A stretch of 63,983 nt of DNA, filler included, from Vicugna vicugna (GCA_013265495.1; 76 parts of 75 records of this genome joined end to end with filler, not necessarily neighbours in it); one strand, 5' to 3'; shown: positions 1 to 13,197, counted from the whole stretch's first letter. Numbers and translations: made by a program. Notes: generated by a model not told the origin, from the letters alone.

Positions 1-489
1 TGTATTCTATATTCTAAATTCTGTGTTCTGCATCGCATGTTCTAAATTCTCGATTCTATACTCTCTATTGTATATTCTATATTCTATATACTGTGTTCTA
101 CATTCTATATTCTAAAATCTATATTAATTAATGTGTATTCTATAGTCTTAATTCTGTGTTCTGCATTCAAAGTTCTAAATTCTGGGTTCTATATTCTGTT
201 TTCCATATTTTAATACTGTGTTCTACATTCTATATTCTAAATTCTATATTCAGTATTATGTATTCTATAATCTAAATTCTGTGTTCTGCATTCCATGTTC
301 TAAATTCTCTATTCTATATTCTGTGTTCTACTNNNNNNNNNNNNNNNNNNNNNNNNNNNNNNNNNNNNNNNNNNNNNNNNNNNNNNNNNNNNNNNNNNNN
401 NNNNNNNNNNNNNNNNNNNNNNNNATTCTCTATTCTATATTTTTTGTTTTTCATTCTAGATTTTACATACAATATTTTGCATTCCATAT
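1..489. repeat. Satellite E: AT-rich heptamer satellite (TTCTATA/TTCTAAA/TTCTGTG/TTCTGCA/TTCCATG)
   Basis: 7-bp periodic TTCT/TTCC units read directly; pyrimidine-rich strand shown. Confidence 0.9.
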
Positions 490-589
490 NNNNNNNNNNN
501 NNNNNNNNNNNNNNNNNNNNNNNNNNNNNNNNNTTAATTAATTAANNNNNNNNNNNNNNNNNNNNNNNNNNNNNNNNNNNNNNNNNNNN
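490..589. other. Artificial scaffold linker N44-TTAATTAATTAA-N44 (first of ~75 copies in the window)
   Basis: An identical 12-mer with stop codons in all six frames, flanked by 44 N on each side, recurs at 534, 1561, 2865, 4396 ... 63746. Sequence class changes abruptly at each copy. Confidence 0.98.
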
Positions 590-773
590 AAATCACAGAA
601 CTTGCTCTGTACAGTGTTTGAGCTTGGACCAGAAAGGGATGAATTCATGTGCTCTTGAGTGTGTGGGAAAGGAAACCACACCACACAATCTTACCGAGGC
701 CTCTAGAATCACCATTTCTTCCACATTAGACAACTAGGGTCACTTGGGAATCATGAAAGTCACTTGTCTTTAC

Positions 774-869
774 CTGAACTGCAATGTACAGTCCTGGTAC
801 ATTAAATAATTTGAACATAATTTCTGCAAGATATTCTCTATTTCCTGGTGTATTCAGGGGAGGTTCTGT
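774..869 (-). pseudogene. ACTR3B: Single 96-bp exon of an ARP3-family gene (ACTR3B-like), probably a degenerate duplicated copy
   Basis: ttccttac[34 protein letters not shown]|GTaaag. Recalled ARP3B sequence is [32 protein letters not shown] (REYL favours ACTR3B over ACTR3 REYT). There are three non-conservative changes in 32 residues. Confidence 0.8.
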
Positions 870-1616
870 CTGTAAGGAAACATTCACTATATTTAGACAC
901 CCAAATTTCATGTAATTACATCAGAACCACAAAAACTTGATCTAAAAGCATGTTCATTAAGATTCTGTACAACTCCTTAATTTGACAGACAGAGTATACC
1001 CAGAGTGATTGATTAAACATATTTTGGCTGTGGGGTTTAAAAATCTTTGAGAAATCAAACCCTCTCTAAACACTTCTGCTCTTACTAATCCACCCCAAAA
1101 CAAGAACAAGCTACAGAGAAGGAAACTCCACCTCGGATAACAGAATGCCCAAACACCGTGAATCTGAAGAGACGGGCAGTGAGCTGCCAAGGGCAATAAC
1201 AACCCCACCGAGACCAGATGAGGGAGGACAAGGAAAGGGAACACCAGGGACTTCAGATACCAGGTAATATCCAGTTCTCCAGAGAAGAGAAAAAGCAGAG
1301 AGCCCTTGCTTGGAACCAGAGCAGTCTGAGCAGCACAGCTGCAGAAGCCTCACTCCACAGGCCCTCCCCTCAGAGCACAGGTGGCAAGGTGAGAAGTTAC
1401 ACCTCCACCATCTGCTGTGAGAAAGACAAGCTTGGGACAGAAGCTGCTTCATCCAGACGCTGCCTGCCACACAGCCTAAACTCGCACACACAGCCAGTTC
1501 AGGAAGAGATCCCCTCNNNNNNNNNNNNNNNNNNNNNNNNNNNNNNNNNNNNNNNNNNNNTTAATTAATTAANNNNNNNNNNNNNNNNNNNNNNNNNNNN
1601 NNNNNNNNNNNNNNNN

Positions 1617-2820
1617 AGGAATCCGTGACGCATGAAACATGTTCGTAGTACGGAATGCCTTCGTTATGTAAGCAATGCAAATTACATGTGTATTGATGAG
1701 ATTTCGCTCAAAGAGTGTTTTCTGGTGCTAAATGTCCGATTTTAGAACCTGGTGATAGGAAAAAACNNNNNNNNNNNNNNNNNNNNNNNNNNNNNNNNNN
1801 NNNNNNNNNNNNNNNNNNNNNNNNNNNNNNNNNNNNNNNNNNNNNNNNNNNNNNNNNNNNNNNNNNNNNNNNNNNNNNNNNNNNNNNNNNNNNNNNNNNN
1901 NNNNNNNNNNNNNNNNNNNNNNNNNNNNNNNNNNNNNNNNNNNNNNNNNNNNNNNNNNNNNNNNNNNNNNNNNNNNNNNNNNNNNNNNNNNNNNNNNNNN
2001 NNNNNNNNNNNNNNNNNNNNNNNNNNNNNNNNNNNNNNNNNNNNNNNNNNNNNNNNNNNNNNNNNNNNNNNNNNNNNNNNNNNNNNNNNNNNNNNNNNNN
2101 NNNNNNNNNNNNNNNNNNNNNNNNNNNNNNNNNNNNNNNNNNNNNNNNNNNNNNNNNNNNNNNNNNNNNNNNNNNNNNNNNNNNNNNNNNNNNNNNNNNN
2201 NNNNNNNNNNNNNNNNNNNNNNNNNNNNNNNNNNNNNNNNNNNNNNNNNNNNNNNNNNNNNNNNNNNNNNNNNNNNNNNNNNNNNNNNNNNNNNNNNNNN
2301 NNNNNNNNNNNNNNNNNNNNNNNNNNNNNNNNNNNNNNNNNNNNNNNNNNNNNNNNNNNNNNNNNNNNNNNNNNNNNNNNNNNNNNNNNNNNNNNNNNNN
2401 NNNNNNNNNNNNNNNNNNNNNNNNNNNNNNNNNNNNNNNNNNNNNNNNNNNNNNNNNNNNNNNNNNNNNNNNNNNNNNNNNNNNNNNNNNNNNNNNNNNN
2501 NNNNNNNNNNNNNNNNNNNNNNNNNNNNNNNNNNNNNNNNNNNNNNNNNNNNNNNNNNNNNNNNNNNNNNNNNNNNNNNNNNNNNNNNNNNNNNNNNNNN
2601 NNNNNNNNNNNNNNNNNNNNNNNNNNNNNNNNNNNNNNNNNNNNNNNNNTACGGAACCCGGAATGCCATGTTGAAGGAATTCATGTAAATTACACATCTG
2701 TTATGTGGAAATCGCTCGAGAACAATTTTTCTGAGAAAAATGCCCGGATTCGAACTTGGTTTTAGGGAAAGATTTGAAAATGTGTACAAGTGTCAAGATG
2801 AAAATATTCCTTTTATAGAG
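1617..2820. repeat. Satellite C (CATG-rich ~247-bp monomers), two pieces around a gap
   Basis: Landmarks ggaatccgtgacgcatgaaacatg and acggaacccggaatgccatg are shared with the other C scaffolds. Confidence 0.9.
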
Positions 2821-2920
2821 NNNNNNNNNNNNNNNNNNNNNNNNNNNNNNNNNNNNNNNNNNNNTTAATTAATTAANNNNNNNNNNNNNNNNNNNNNNNN
2901 NNNNNNNNNNNNNNNNNNNN

Positions 2921-4351
2921 CCCACGCTCAGGATTCCGGAACCATTGTCAGTTCGTGGGGGAGATTGTGAGACAATTCCACGCAGCTCATTTCAGTCACA
3001 GGTGTTCCCTGTTCGGGGAAGTCCGAGAAATACCTTCCCTGACCTTGGGGAGGCAGCCTCTGACACTGGGATATCCTGCAATCACCCCTAGCATTCCCTG
3101 GCAGAGAGANNNNNNNNNNNNNNNNNNNNNNNNNNNNNNNNNNNNNNNNNNNNNNNNNNNNNNNNNNNNNNNNNNNNNNNNNNNNNNNNNNNNNNNNNNN
3201 NNNNNNNNNNNNNNNNNNNNNNNNNNNNNNNNNNNNNNNNNNNNNNNNNNNNNNNNNNNNNNNNNNNNNNNNNNNNNNNNNNNNNNNNNNNNNNNNNNNN
3301 NNNNNNNNNNNNNNNNNNNNNNNNNNNNNNNNNNNNNNNNNNNNNNNNNNNNNNNNNNNNNNNNNNNNNNNNNNNNNNNNNNNNNNNNNNNNNNNNNNNN
3401 NNNNNNNNNNNNNNNNNNNNNNNNNNNNNNNNNNNNNNNNNNNNNNNNNNNNNNNNNNNNNNNNNNNNNNNNNNNNNNNNNNNNNNNNNNNNNNNNNNNN
3501 NNNNNNNNNNNNNNNNNNNNNNNNNNNNNNNNNNNNNNNNNNNNNNNNNNNNNNNNNNNNNNNNNNNNNNNNNNNNNNNNNNNNNNNNNNNNNNNNNNNN
3601 NNNNNNNNNNNNNNNNNNNNNNNNNNNNNNNNNNNNNNNNNNNNNNNNNNNNNNNNNNNNNNNNNNNNNNNNNNNNNNNNNNNNNNNNNNNNNNNNNNNN
3701 NNNNNNNNNNNNNNNNNNNNNNNNNNNNNNNNNNNNNNNNNNNNNNNNNNNNNNNNNNNNNNNNNNNNNNNNNNNNNNNNNNNNNNNNNNNNNNNNNNNN
3801 NNNNNNNNNNNNNNNNNNNNNNNNNNNNNNNNNNNNNNNNNNNNNNNNNNNNNNNNNNNNNNNNNNNNNNNNNNNNNNNNNNNNNNNNNNNNNNNNNNNN
3901 NNNNNNNNNNNNNNNNNNNNNNNNNNNNNNNNNNNNNNNNNNNNNNNNNNNNNNNNNNNNNNNNNNNNNNNNNNNNNNNNNNNNNNNNNNNNNNNNNNNN
4001 NNNNNNNNNNNNNNNNNNNNNNNNNNNNNNNNNNNNNNNNNNNNNNNNNNNNNNNNNNNNNNNNNNNNNNNNNNNNNNNNNNNNNNNNNNNNNNNNNGGA
4101 GGCAGCCTCTGACACTGGGATATCCTGCAATCACCCCTAGGATTCCCTGGTACTGAGACATTAGGAAAAACCTCAGGGGAGACGAGCTTATGCATTCCGT
4201 TAGAACCCACGCGCTGCCGACCGTTGGTGGAACCTCCCCACGCTCAGGATTCCGGAACCATTTTCAGTGCGAGGGGGAGTTCGAGAGACAACTACACGCA
4301 GCTCATTTCAGTGACAGGTGTTCCCTGTTCAAGGAAGTCCGAGAAATACCT
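2921..4351. repeat. Satellite A (GC-rich 267-bp monomer)
   Basis: Contains cccacgctcaggattccggaacc...caggtgttccctgttcggggaagtccgag. Confidence 0.93.
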
Positions 4352-4451
4352 NNNNNNNNNNNNNNNNNNNNNNNNNNNNNNNNNNNNNNNNNNNNTTAAT
4401 TAATTAANNNNNNNNNNNNNNNNNNNNNNNNNNNNNNNNNNNNNNNNNNNN

Positions 4452-5285
4452 AGAAGAAACTGAACACTTGAACAATCCAATCACTAGAAAGGAAATTAAA
4501 ATAGCAATAAAAACCTCCCTACAAATAAAAGTCCAGAACCGGATGGCTTCACCAGGGAATTCTACCATACATACAAAGAAGAACTCATATCAATCCTTCT
4601 CAAACTCTTCCAGGCGATTGAAAAGGAGGGAATACTCCCAAACTCATTCTATGAAGCCACNNNNNNNNNNNNNNNNNNNNNNNNNNNNNNNNNNNNNNNN
4701 NNNNNNNNNNNNNNNNNNNNNNNNNNNNNNNNNNNNNNNNNNNNNNNNNNNNNNNNNNNNNNNNNNNNNNNNNNNNNNNNNNNNNNNNNNNNNNNNNNNN
4801 NNNNNNNNNNNNNNNNNNNNNNNNNNNNNNNNNNNNNNNNNNNNNNNNNNNNNNNNNNNNNNNNNNNNNNNNNNNNNNNNNNNNNNNNNNNNNNNNNNNN
4901 NNNNNNNNNNNNNNNNNNNNNNNNNNNNNNNNNNNNNNNNNNNNNNNNNNNNNNNNNNNNNNNNNNNNNNNNNNNNNNNNNNNNNNNNNNNNNNNNNNNN
5001 NNNNNNNNNNNNNNNNNNAAAGCTATATATGACAAACCTATAGCCAGCATAGTTCTCAACGGTGAAAAACTCAAAAGCTTCCCACTAAAATCTGGGACAA
5101 GACAAGGATGCCCACTATCACCACTCCTATTCAATATAGTCCTGGAAGTCCTAGCCACAGCAATCAGTCAAGAGAAAGAAATAAAAGGGATCCAAATTGG
5201 AAAAGAAGTGTTAAAAGTGTCATAATATGCTGACGACATCTTATTATATATAGAAAACCCTAAAAGGTCCACAAAAAAGCTACTA
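4452..5285 (+). mobile_element. LINE-1 ORF2 reverse-transcriptase fragment, inactivated
   Basis: Translates to [46 protein letters not shown]...VS*YADD. There is an in-frame stop before YADD and a frameshift near 4515. Confidence 0.95.
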
Positions 5286-5697
5286 NNNNNNNNNNNNNNN
5301 NNNNNNNNNNNNNNNNNNNNNNNNNNNNNTTAATTAATTAANNNNNNNNNNNNNNNNNNNNNNNNNNNNNNNNNNNNNNNNNNNNTTCTCTTTAGCAGAG
5401 GAAACTGGAGAGTCAGTTGCCTCACATGAGATTAGCTGTTGAAGAGTCAGAAGTCCCCTTTTGATCGCAGGAGCTGATATCTTGCCACCCGCCACCTCCC
5501 AGGTGGACCACTAGATAAAAGTTTCCTTGGTAATTGCTGTAGGGGCAACAATATTCAATGGGAGATGAAATTATTTACCTGGGATACATCAAAACCCTTG
5601 TCAAAAGGGTTTCATATAAATTCAATGAAGCAAAGGTGACTTTCTCTTTAAAATCTTCTGTGCTCACAGCCAGCTTGACTTTGACAAAGATATAGAG

Positions 5698-5812
5698 GTG
5701 TGTGTATGAATGTGTGCCTGTGTGTGTGACTGTGTGAGAGTGTGTGCGTGACTGTGTGAGAGTGTGTGCCTATGTATGTGTGTGTGAATATGAGTGTGTA
5801 ATTGTGTATGAA
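5698..5812. repeat. Degenerate (TG)n simple repeat
   Basis: tgtgtatgaatgtgtgcctgtgtgtgtgactgtgtgagag... Confidence 0.8.
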
Positions 5813-5941
5813 TGAGGGCAGAATACAGTGTCTGCTGTGTGNNNNNNNNNNNNNNNNNNNNNNNNNNNNNNNNNNNNNNNNNNNNTTAATTAATTAANNN
5901 NNNNNNNNNNNNNNNNNNNNNNNNNNNNNNNNNNNNNNNNN

Positions 5942-6859
5942 GTGGAAGTGTTTAACTACATCCCCAACCTGGGAACACCTGTGCCCCCAGAATGATGCGT
6001 GGACTCTGTTTCCCTCCTCCAGCACACACACAACATTGGGTTCAGATGTCTTGATTGTGGGGAGGTTCTTCCCACTAACAGCAGGGACTGGGTTCTAATA
6101 CAATACCTTAACTTGTCTTCCATGATGGATTGAAAAGGCCGGTGTGCGGGGGAAAGTTAGGATTAGGCTCTAAACCAAGTATTATCGAGAGCCTATCCAT
6201 GGGATGTGGGTGTTTGACCTAAAACCCACAACCGTGGAATAACTGTGCCCCCTGAAAAATGCATGTGCTATGTTTCCCCACCTCCAGCACACACAGGAAG
6301 AAGTGTTCTGGGGTTCTGAATGTGGGGAGGTTCCTCCAACAGACAGCAGCACCTGGCTTTTAATAGAATCCCTTAGCTTGACTTCCCTAAGTGTTTTCCT
6401 AGGCCTAGCAGTAAGCGATGGTGGGGGATGGGCTCTAAATCCAAGTATTAGCGAGTGCGTTTCTGTGGGCAGTGGAGGGTTTTATATTACTTCCCCAACC
6501 TTGGAACACCTGTGCCCCATAAAGATGCGTGGAATCTGTTTCCCCACCTCCAGCACACACACGGAGACGTGCTCAGGTATCCTGATTGTGGGGAGGCTCC
6601 TCCACATGACAGCAGCAACAGCAGCGCCTGGGTACTAATAGAATCCCTTAGCTTGTCTTCCCTGATGGCATGCCTAGGCTGGAGATTGGGGGAATGTGGG
6701 GGTTGTGTTTGAAGTCCAAGTAGCAACCAGTGCCCCCCGATTTACTGAGGAAGTACTTAGAGGATTTCACGGTAATGTGGAACACCTGTGCCCCCATTCA
6801 TCTTTGTGGACTGTGTATCCACACCTCCCCCTCACACAAGGCTGGGATCCGGAATCCTG
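5942..6859. repeat. Satellite B (diverged ~265-bp monomers, related to A)
   Basis: ccagcacacac landmark at 6019, 6284 and 6550 (spacing 265-266). Confidence 0.9.
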
Positions 6860-6959
6860 NNNNNNNNNNNNNNNNNNNNNNNNNNNNNNNNNNNNNNNNN
6901 NNNTTAATTAATTAANNNNNNNNNNNNNNNNNNNNNNNNNNNNNNNNNNNNNNNNNNNN

Positions 6960-7727
6960 TCTCTCCAATGCTCAGTTCTGAGAGTTAAGTGTGTGTGAAA
7001 GCCGGCCTTCGCCAGGCTTGTTTGGAACACATGTTTCCTTTCATGTGCAAACTCCTCTAAATTCATATATAAGGGGAGGTTCATGCTCCAACTCGGTTTA
7101 AAAGTGAAAACTGCTGGAATTTCAAACCAGCCCTAGGAAACACACTAAGAAACCCGAGAATGTGTTTCTCCTGCAAACTCTTCCCTTTGTGCTAGATGAA
7201 CGAANNNNNNNNNNNNNNNNNNNNNNNNNNNNNNNNNNNNNNNNNNNNNNNNNNNNNNNNNNNNNNNNNNNNNNNNNNNNNNNNNNNNNNNNNNNNNNNN
7301 NNNNNNNNNNNNNNNNNNNNNNNNNNNNNNNNNNNNNNNNNNNNNNNNNNNNNNNNNNNNNNNNNNNNNNNNNNNNNNNNNNNNNNNNNNNNNNNNNNNN
7401 NNNNNNNNNNNNNNNNNNNNNNNNNNNNNNNNNNNNNNNNNNNNNNNNNNNNNNNNNNNNNNCTCCACATGCTCATTTTTCAGAGATAAGCGTGTATGAA
7501 AGCCGTCCTTCTACAAGCTTGTTGTGAAAACAAAGTTTCTCTTCAGTTGCAAAGTCCACTACATACATATATTTGGGGAGTTGCAACCTCCAACTCGGTT
7601 TTACAGTGAAAACAGCAGAAAGTTCAAACCGGCAATAGAAATCTGACTGAGAAACCAGAGTAAGTGTCTCTCCTGCAAAGATTTCCCTATGTGCTAGATG
7701 AACGAACGTCTCTCCACATGCTCAGTT
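6960..7727. repeat. Satellite D (~248-bp monomer)
   Basis: Landmarks ctccacatgctcagtt, ctccaactcggttttacagtgaaaa and gatgaacgaacgtc. Confidence 0.9.
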
Positions 7728-8018
7728 NNNNNNNNNNNNNNNNNNNNNNNNNNNNNNNNNNNNNNNNNNNNTTAATTAATTAANNNNNNNNNNNNNNNNN
7801 NNNNNNNNNNNNNNNNNNNNNNNNNNNATGAAAAAAAAGAGGAAAATGAAAAAGGCCACCTGTTTTGGAAAGCCCACCCTGACTGTTCAATCCGCCCTTT
7901 TCCCTTTGAAACCCAATCACTTATGCTCCACTCTACTCTTTTTGATAGTACTTACCACCTTCTAATAATCTTTAACTTTTTCCAAAAAAAAAGAAAGAGA
8001 TGCTGATACCACTTCAAA

Positions 8019-8276
8019 ATTGACAAGCCTTGATAACAGCACGTTAAGTGAAAGGAACCAGACACAAAAGGCCACATACTGTTGAATTCAGTGATCTGAA
8101 ATGCCCAGAATAGGCACATACAGAGGCAGAGAGCAGGTGATGGTTGCAAGGGGCTTGGTGGAGGGGGATTAGGGAGTGCCTGCTAGTGAAAGGGGGATTC
8201 TTTTGGGGTGATGAAGTGTTCTGGAAATAGATGGTGGTGAGGGCTGCACAACCGTGAGTGTGCAGAAGACTGCTGG
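8019..8276 (+). mobile_element. Old L1 (L1MB-type) 3' UTR remnant
   Basis: gttaagtgaaaggaaccagacacaaaaggccacatactg...ttttggggtgatgaagtgttctggaaatagatggtggtgagggctgcacaac resembles recalled L1MB 3' ends. Confidence 0.8.
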
Positions 8277-9036
8277 GCGCTATGTCTAGTTGTGCCTGTT
8301 GTAGGGCGGCTTTAATTTGTTCTCATCCTGCCANNNNNNNNNNNNNNNNNNNNNNNNNNNNNNNNNNNNNNNNNNNNTTAATTAATTAANNNNNNNNNNN
8401 NNNNNNNNNNNNNNNNNNNNNNNNNNNNNNNNNAGGCTACAGGGCGAGGCAGGCTGGGCTGAAGGCGGTTCCAATTCCTGCCTTGTCACCCTCATCTCTG
8501 CACCCTGTGCCTCAACTTACCCGATGGATCAGGTTGATCCCAGGCTGTCAGCCACTGGCCTTGGGTCTTGGGTGGTTGATGGTCCTGATGGTGATCTGGA
8601 CCCCTAGGGCGGAGGCACTAGGCACGCGGACCTTTGGGTTGGGGGAGTTCAGAGGGTGCACTTGAGCCCAGGGGTAGACAGCAGATGATGGGCTGTGTGC
8701 ATGGGGCTGTGTGCGTGGCCTGGGCTCAGCCCAGGTGGGTGCAGGGACCTTGTTCATTCACACCAGGCCAGAGGGAAGAGGGACGGGAGCTTTTAAAGCG
8801 TCAAAGTTAGGAAGCCAAGCCTGGAGAGCATAGTAGGAAGGTGCACTATGGCCACCATGGATCTCACCGCGCTTCTGATCCCTTGCATCAAGGGAGACTG
8901 GCAGTTGACTGGCAAATGAGACATCCCCTGCTGTGGNNNNNNNNNNNNNNNNNNNNNNNNNNNNNNNNNNNNNNNNNNNNTTAATTAATTAANNNNNNNN
9001 NNNNNNNNNNNNNNNNNNNNNNNNNNNNNNNNNNNN

Positions 9037-9991
9037 TAAGGGATACTAATAGAACTCAGGTGCTGCTGTCAGTTTGAGGAAACTCCCCACACTCAGAATA
9101 GCAGAACACTACTTCGCGTGTGTGCTGGATGTAGGGAAACAGTCAAAGCATCTTTCAGGGGGCACATTTATTCCATGGTTGTGGGTTGTAGGTTAAAAAC
9201 CTACATCCCATGGATAGGCTCTCGCTAATACTTGGTTTAGAGCCCAACCNNNNNNNNNNNNNNNNNNNNNNNNNNNNNNNNNNNNNNNNNNNNNNNNNNN
9301 NNNNNNNNNNNNNNNNNNNNNNNNNNNNNNNNNNNNNNNNNNNNNNNNNNNNNNNNNNNNNNNNNNNNNNNNNNNNNNNNNNNNNNNNNNNNNNNNNNNN
9401 NNNNNNNNNNNNNNNNNNNNNNNNNNNNNNNNNNNNNNNNNNNNNNNNNNNNNNNNNNNNNNNNNNNNNNNNNNNNNNNNNNNNNNNNNNNNNNNNNNNN
9501 NNNNNNNNNNNNNNNNNNNNNNNNNNNNNNNNNNNNNNNNNNNNNNNNNNNNNNNNNNNNNNNNNNNNNNNNNNNNNNNNNNNNNNNNNNNNNNNNNNNN
9601 NNNNNNNNNNNNNNNNNNNNNNNNNNNNNNNNNNNNNNNCCTGTGTGTGCTGGACGTGGGGAAACATAGCACACGCATTTAACATGGGTCACAGTAATTC
9701 CCAAGTTGTGGGTTGTAGTTTAAACATCTCCACTACCCATGGAGAGGCACACGCTAATACTTAGTTTTAGATCCCAAATCCCACTTTCAACCACACACTG
9801 GCCTAGGAAAACCATCAGGGAAGACAAGCAAAGGGATTCTATTAAAAGCAAAACGCTGAAGTCTGTTGGAGGAACTACCCCAACCTCAGGATACTGGAAA
9901 CCAACCTTGTGCGGTGGGGAGATTTGAAGCCCCAATCCACGCAGAAGAATGGGGGCTCAGGTGTTTCCCTTTATGGAGAATTCATCTAAAT
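9037..9991. repeat. Satellite B, opposite orientation
   Basis: Reverse complement of B landmarks (gtgtgtgctgg, atcccatggataggctctcgctaatacttggtttagagccc). Confidence 0.9.
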
Positions 9992-10631
9992 NNNNNNNNN
10001 NNNNNNNNNNNNNNNNNNNNNNNNNNNNNNNNNNNTTAATTAATTAANNNNNNNNNNNNNNNNNNNNNNNNNNNNNNNNNNNNNNNNNNNNACTGGTTTT
10101 CTGTCCTGCAGAGACGGGGCTCGCTAGGCATCCCTAACCCGTAGAGGTGCTGTGGTGTGTAAATGATGCGAGTGGGCAGCCCGAGCACACCTGCTCATTC
10201 CTCGCAAGTGCAGGATAGCACAGCTTTTGCGGTGACGCCTTTATGACCACACCGTGTAGACTCTCAGTGCTCCGAATGGATGCCTTGCTGATTGGAGAAG
10301 GGATTCTCACTTCTGTAAATACCCAAGGATTGGGTTATTGGGCCTTGATGATTTGAATCTATTCTTTAGAAAGTACTAAATGTAGGTATATTTTTGAAAC
10401 ATGCATGCTTTTTTCTTTTATTATTTATACTTTTACCCTCTCATCTCTTGGTGTAGTGTTACTTGGAATCCAGGAAACAGTCCAAACCACCTGCCTCTTC
10501 ACACTTCTTTGTGGTGGTTTTCTTCCTTGACNNNNNNNNNNNNNNNNNNNNNNNNNNNNNNNNNNNNNNNNNNNNTTAATTAATTAANNNNNNNNNNNNN
10601 NNNNNNNNNNNNNNNNNNNNNNNNNNNNNNN

Positions 10632-11457
10632 TCTTGCTTTTCCATCTGAGACTCTTACGAATCCTAGTCTTTCATGTCTTTTTTTACCCCAGGGTTCAAC
10701 AGCAATATTTTCCTTGCTTTGCACTTGCTTTCCTATGTCTGCTACTGACCGAGGGATTTCTGTTCCCCTGAATTCACAGACTTTCATGCGTCCCTATGCA
10801 TTATCTAGTCTGCTTAGGACTGAATTTTAGCCCTGATATTATCTCATCCACTGAGTTTTCTGCCAATATTTGGCTCCTCTTTAGGCTTTCTCTTCCCCTT
10901 TTCTGGTATTCTGCCTTTTGGGATTCTGAGACACTGTTGTTCTTCATTGTTTCCCTCACCTCTGTTTTCAATACATGCTCTGGATAGTGTTTTGCAGTCT
11001 AGTGGTTTGAAAGCTTATCTTTTGGGCCTTCAATCTCTTTGGAACTGAAAATGGTACTTCCTGTTTCTTTTACTGTACTTCTTCATCTCCACTGGTCGGG
11101 TAATATCAGGTATCTAATGTAGACTTCTAAGACTTTGTTAAGTGAAAAATTTAGACTCTTGGCTCTGCGCAATTCCATGGGATTTCTGTGAGGACAATTT
11201 CTCCTAGACATTGATGCCATGTCCTGTTCCTGTGTGTGTTGTCTGGTATATCTCCGATTGCTGGTGTTGCCTTTGTTGTGATGAACACCCCATACTATTT
11301 CGATTAGCATAACATATTACGCTTATTTCACAAATCTGAAAGTGCACAGGGCACTTCCTGTTGTGGAAATGAAGCTTCTAAAGGTTGTCAGGTTTGCATT
11401 GTGCTCTATGTCATTTTGGAGTGTTTCCAAACTGCCAAAGAAGTGTGGGCTTGTTCT
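10632..11457 (-). mobile_element. Highly decayed L1 ORF1 5' half plus upstream sequence; part of a multi-copy unit
   Basis: The minus strand from 11089 (gagatgaagaag...aaagaggagccaa...agcagactagataatgca...gaaatc...cagatggaaaagcaaga) is colinear with recalled artiodactyl L1 ORF1. Region 10892-11089 matches 30731-30928. Confidence 0.7.
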
Positions 11458-11557
11458 NNNNNNNNNNNNNNNNNNNNNNNNNNNNNNNNNNNNNNNNNNN
11501 NTTAATTAATTAANNNNNNNNNNNNNNNNNNNNNNNNNNNNNNNNNNNNNNNNNNNN

Positions 11558-12318
11558 TTCTTCAGTTATCTTTCTGATAGTTATTATTAGTGTGTACAAA
11601 TGTGAAACTTTTTCTGTATATTGATTGTGTACCCTGCAACTTTATTGAATTTATTTATTAGTCCTAAAAGTGTTTTGTTGGTGTCTTCATAATTTTCTAC
11701 ATTGAACATCAGGCCATCTGCAAACAGTGGCAGCTTTATTTCTTTCTCTCCAATTTGGATGTTTTTTATTTCTTTGTTCTGTCTGATTGCTGTGGCTAAA
11801 ATATTAAATACTAGGGTAAGTAGAAGTGAAGAGAGTGGGCATCCTAGTTTTGTTTCTGATCTTAGAGAAAAAGTTTCAGCTTTGAATCATTGAGTATAAG
11901 ATTAGCTATGGATCTGTCATATATGGCCTTTATTATTTAAGGTATGTTCCCTCTATACCAAGTTTATTGAGAATTTTAACATAAATAGATGCTGAAATTT
12001 ATCAAATGAATTTTCTCCATCCATTGAGATAATCATGTAACTTTATCCTTCATTCTGTTAATGTGTATCACAGTGATTGATTTGTGGATATTGAACCTAC
12101 CATGCACACCTGGAAAAATCCTACTTACTCATAATGTGTAACATAATGTGTATGTATTGTTGAATTCAGTTTCCCAATATTTGCTGAGGACTTTTGCATC
12201 TCTGAGTTTTGGGAATATTGACCTGTATTTTTCTTTTTTTTAGTATCATCGTCTGGTTTGTGTATCAAAATATTGCTGGCCTTATTGAAAAAGTTTGGGA
12301 GTACTCAGTATTCTTCAG
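11558..12318 (-). mobile_element. Old LINE-1 ORF2 (RT region) fragment
   Basis: Typical antisense L1 text: tatattgattgtgtaccctgcaactttattgaat, gagagtgggcatcc, gtatgttccctctatacc, ccattgagataatcatg. Confidence 0.9.
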
Positions 12319-12418
12319 NNNNNNNNNNNNNNNNNNNNNNNNNNNNNNNNNNNNNNNNNNNNTTAATTAATTAANNNNNNNNNNNNNNNNNNNNNNNNNN
12401 NNNNNNNNNNNNNNNNNN

Positions 12419-13197
12419 TTAGAGGAACATCTATGCAGTTTTCCACAATGGCTCCACCAAACTACATTCCCACCACAGTATAGCAGTGTTCCCAATTCTC
12501 CGCAGCCTCTCCAGTATTTATTGTCTGTGAACTTCTGAATGATGGCTATTCTGACTGGTTAGAGGTGATACTTGATTGCAGTTAGATTTGCATTTCTCTG
12601 AGAATGATATTGAACATTTTTTCATGTGCCTACTGGCCATTTGTACGTCTTCATTGGAGAAATGTTTCTTTAGGACTTCTGCCCATTTTTGAATTGAATT
12701 GTTTGTTTTTCTTTCTTATTAAGTGTAAAAGCTGTTTACATATTCTGGGAATTAAGCCCCTATCAGTTTCATTTATTGCAAATATTTTCTCCCATTCCAT
12801 AGGTAGGTTGTGTTTTTGTTTTGCTTACTCTTTCCTTAGCTATGAAAAAGTTTGTAAGTTTAATTAGATCCCACTTGTATATTTTTGTTTGTTTTTCTAT
12901 TGCTTGAGTAGACTGCTCTTGGAGAACATTGTTTAGATGTGTCAGATGTTTTACCTATGGTTGCTTCTAAGAGATTTATAGTGTCTTGTCTACATGTTTA
13001 AGTGTTTAACACATTTTGAATTCATTTTTGTGTATGCTGTGAGGGAGTAGTCTAACTTCATTGATTTACATGCAGCTGTTCAGTTTTCCCTACACCATTT
13101 GCTGAAGAGGCTGCCTTTACTTCATTGTATGTTCTCACTTCCTTTGTCAAAATTTCAATAACCAAAAGTTTGTGGGCCTATTCTTGGTAATTTTGTT
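12419..13197 (-). mobile_element. LINE-1 ORF2 C-terminal region fragment
   Basis: tacattcccacca, gatttgcatttctctg, ttttcatgtgcctactggccatttg, gcaaatattttctcccattc, caccatttgctgaagag. Confidence 0.92.

Noticed and set aside
10162..10291. Possible C/D box snoRNA (ATGATGC ... CTGA)
   Set aside because: Box C is imperfect, there is no terminal stem, and no guide sequence is recognisable.
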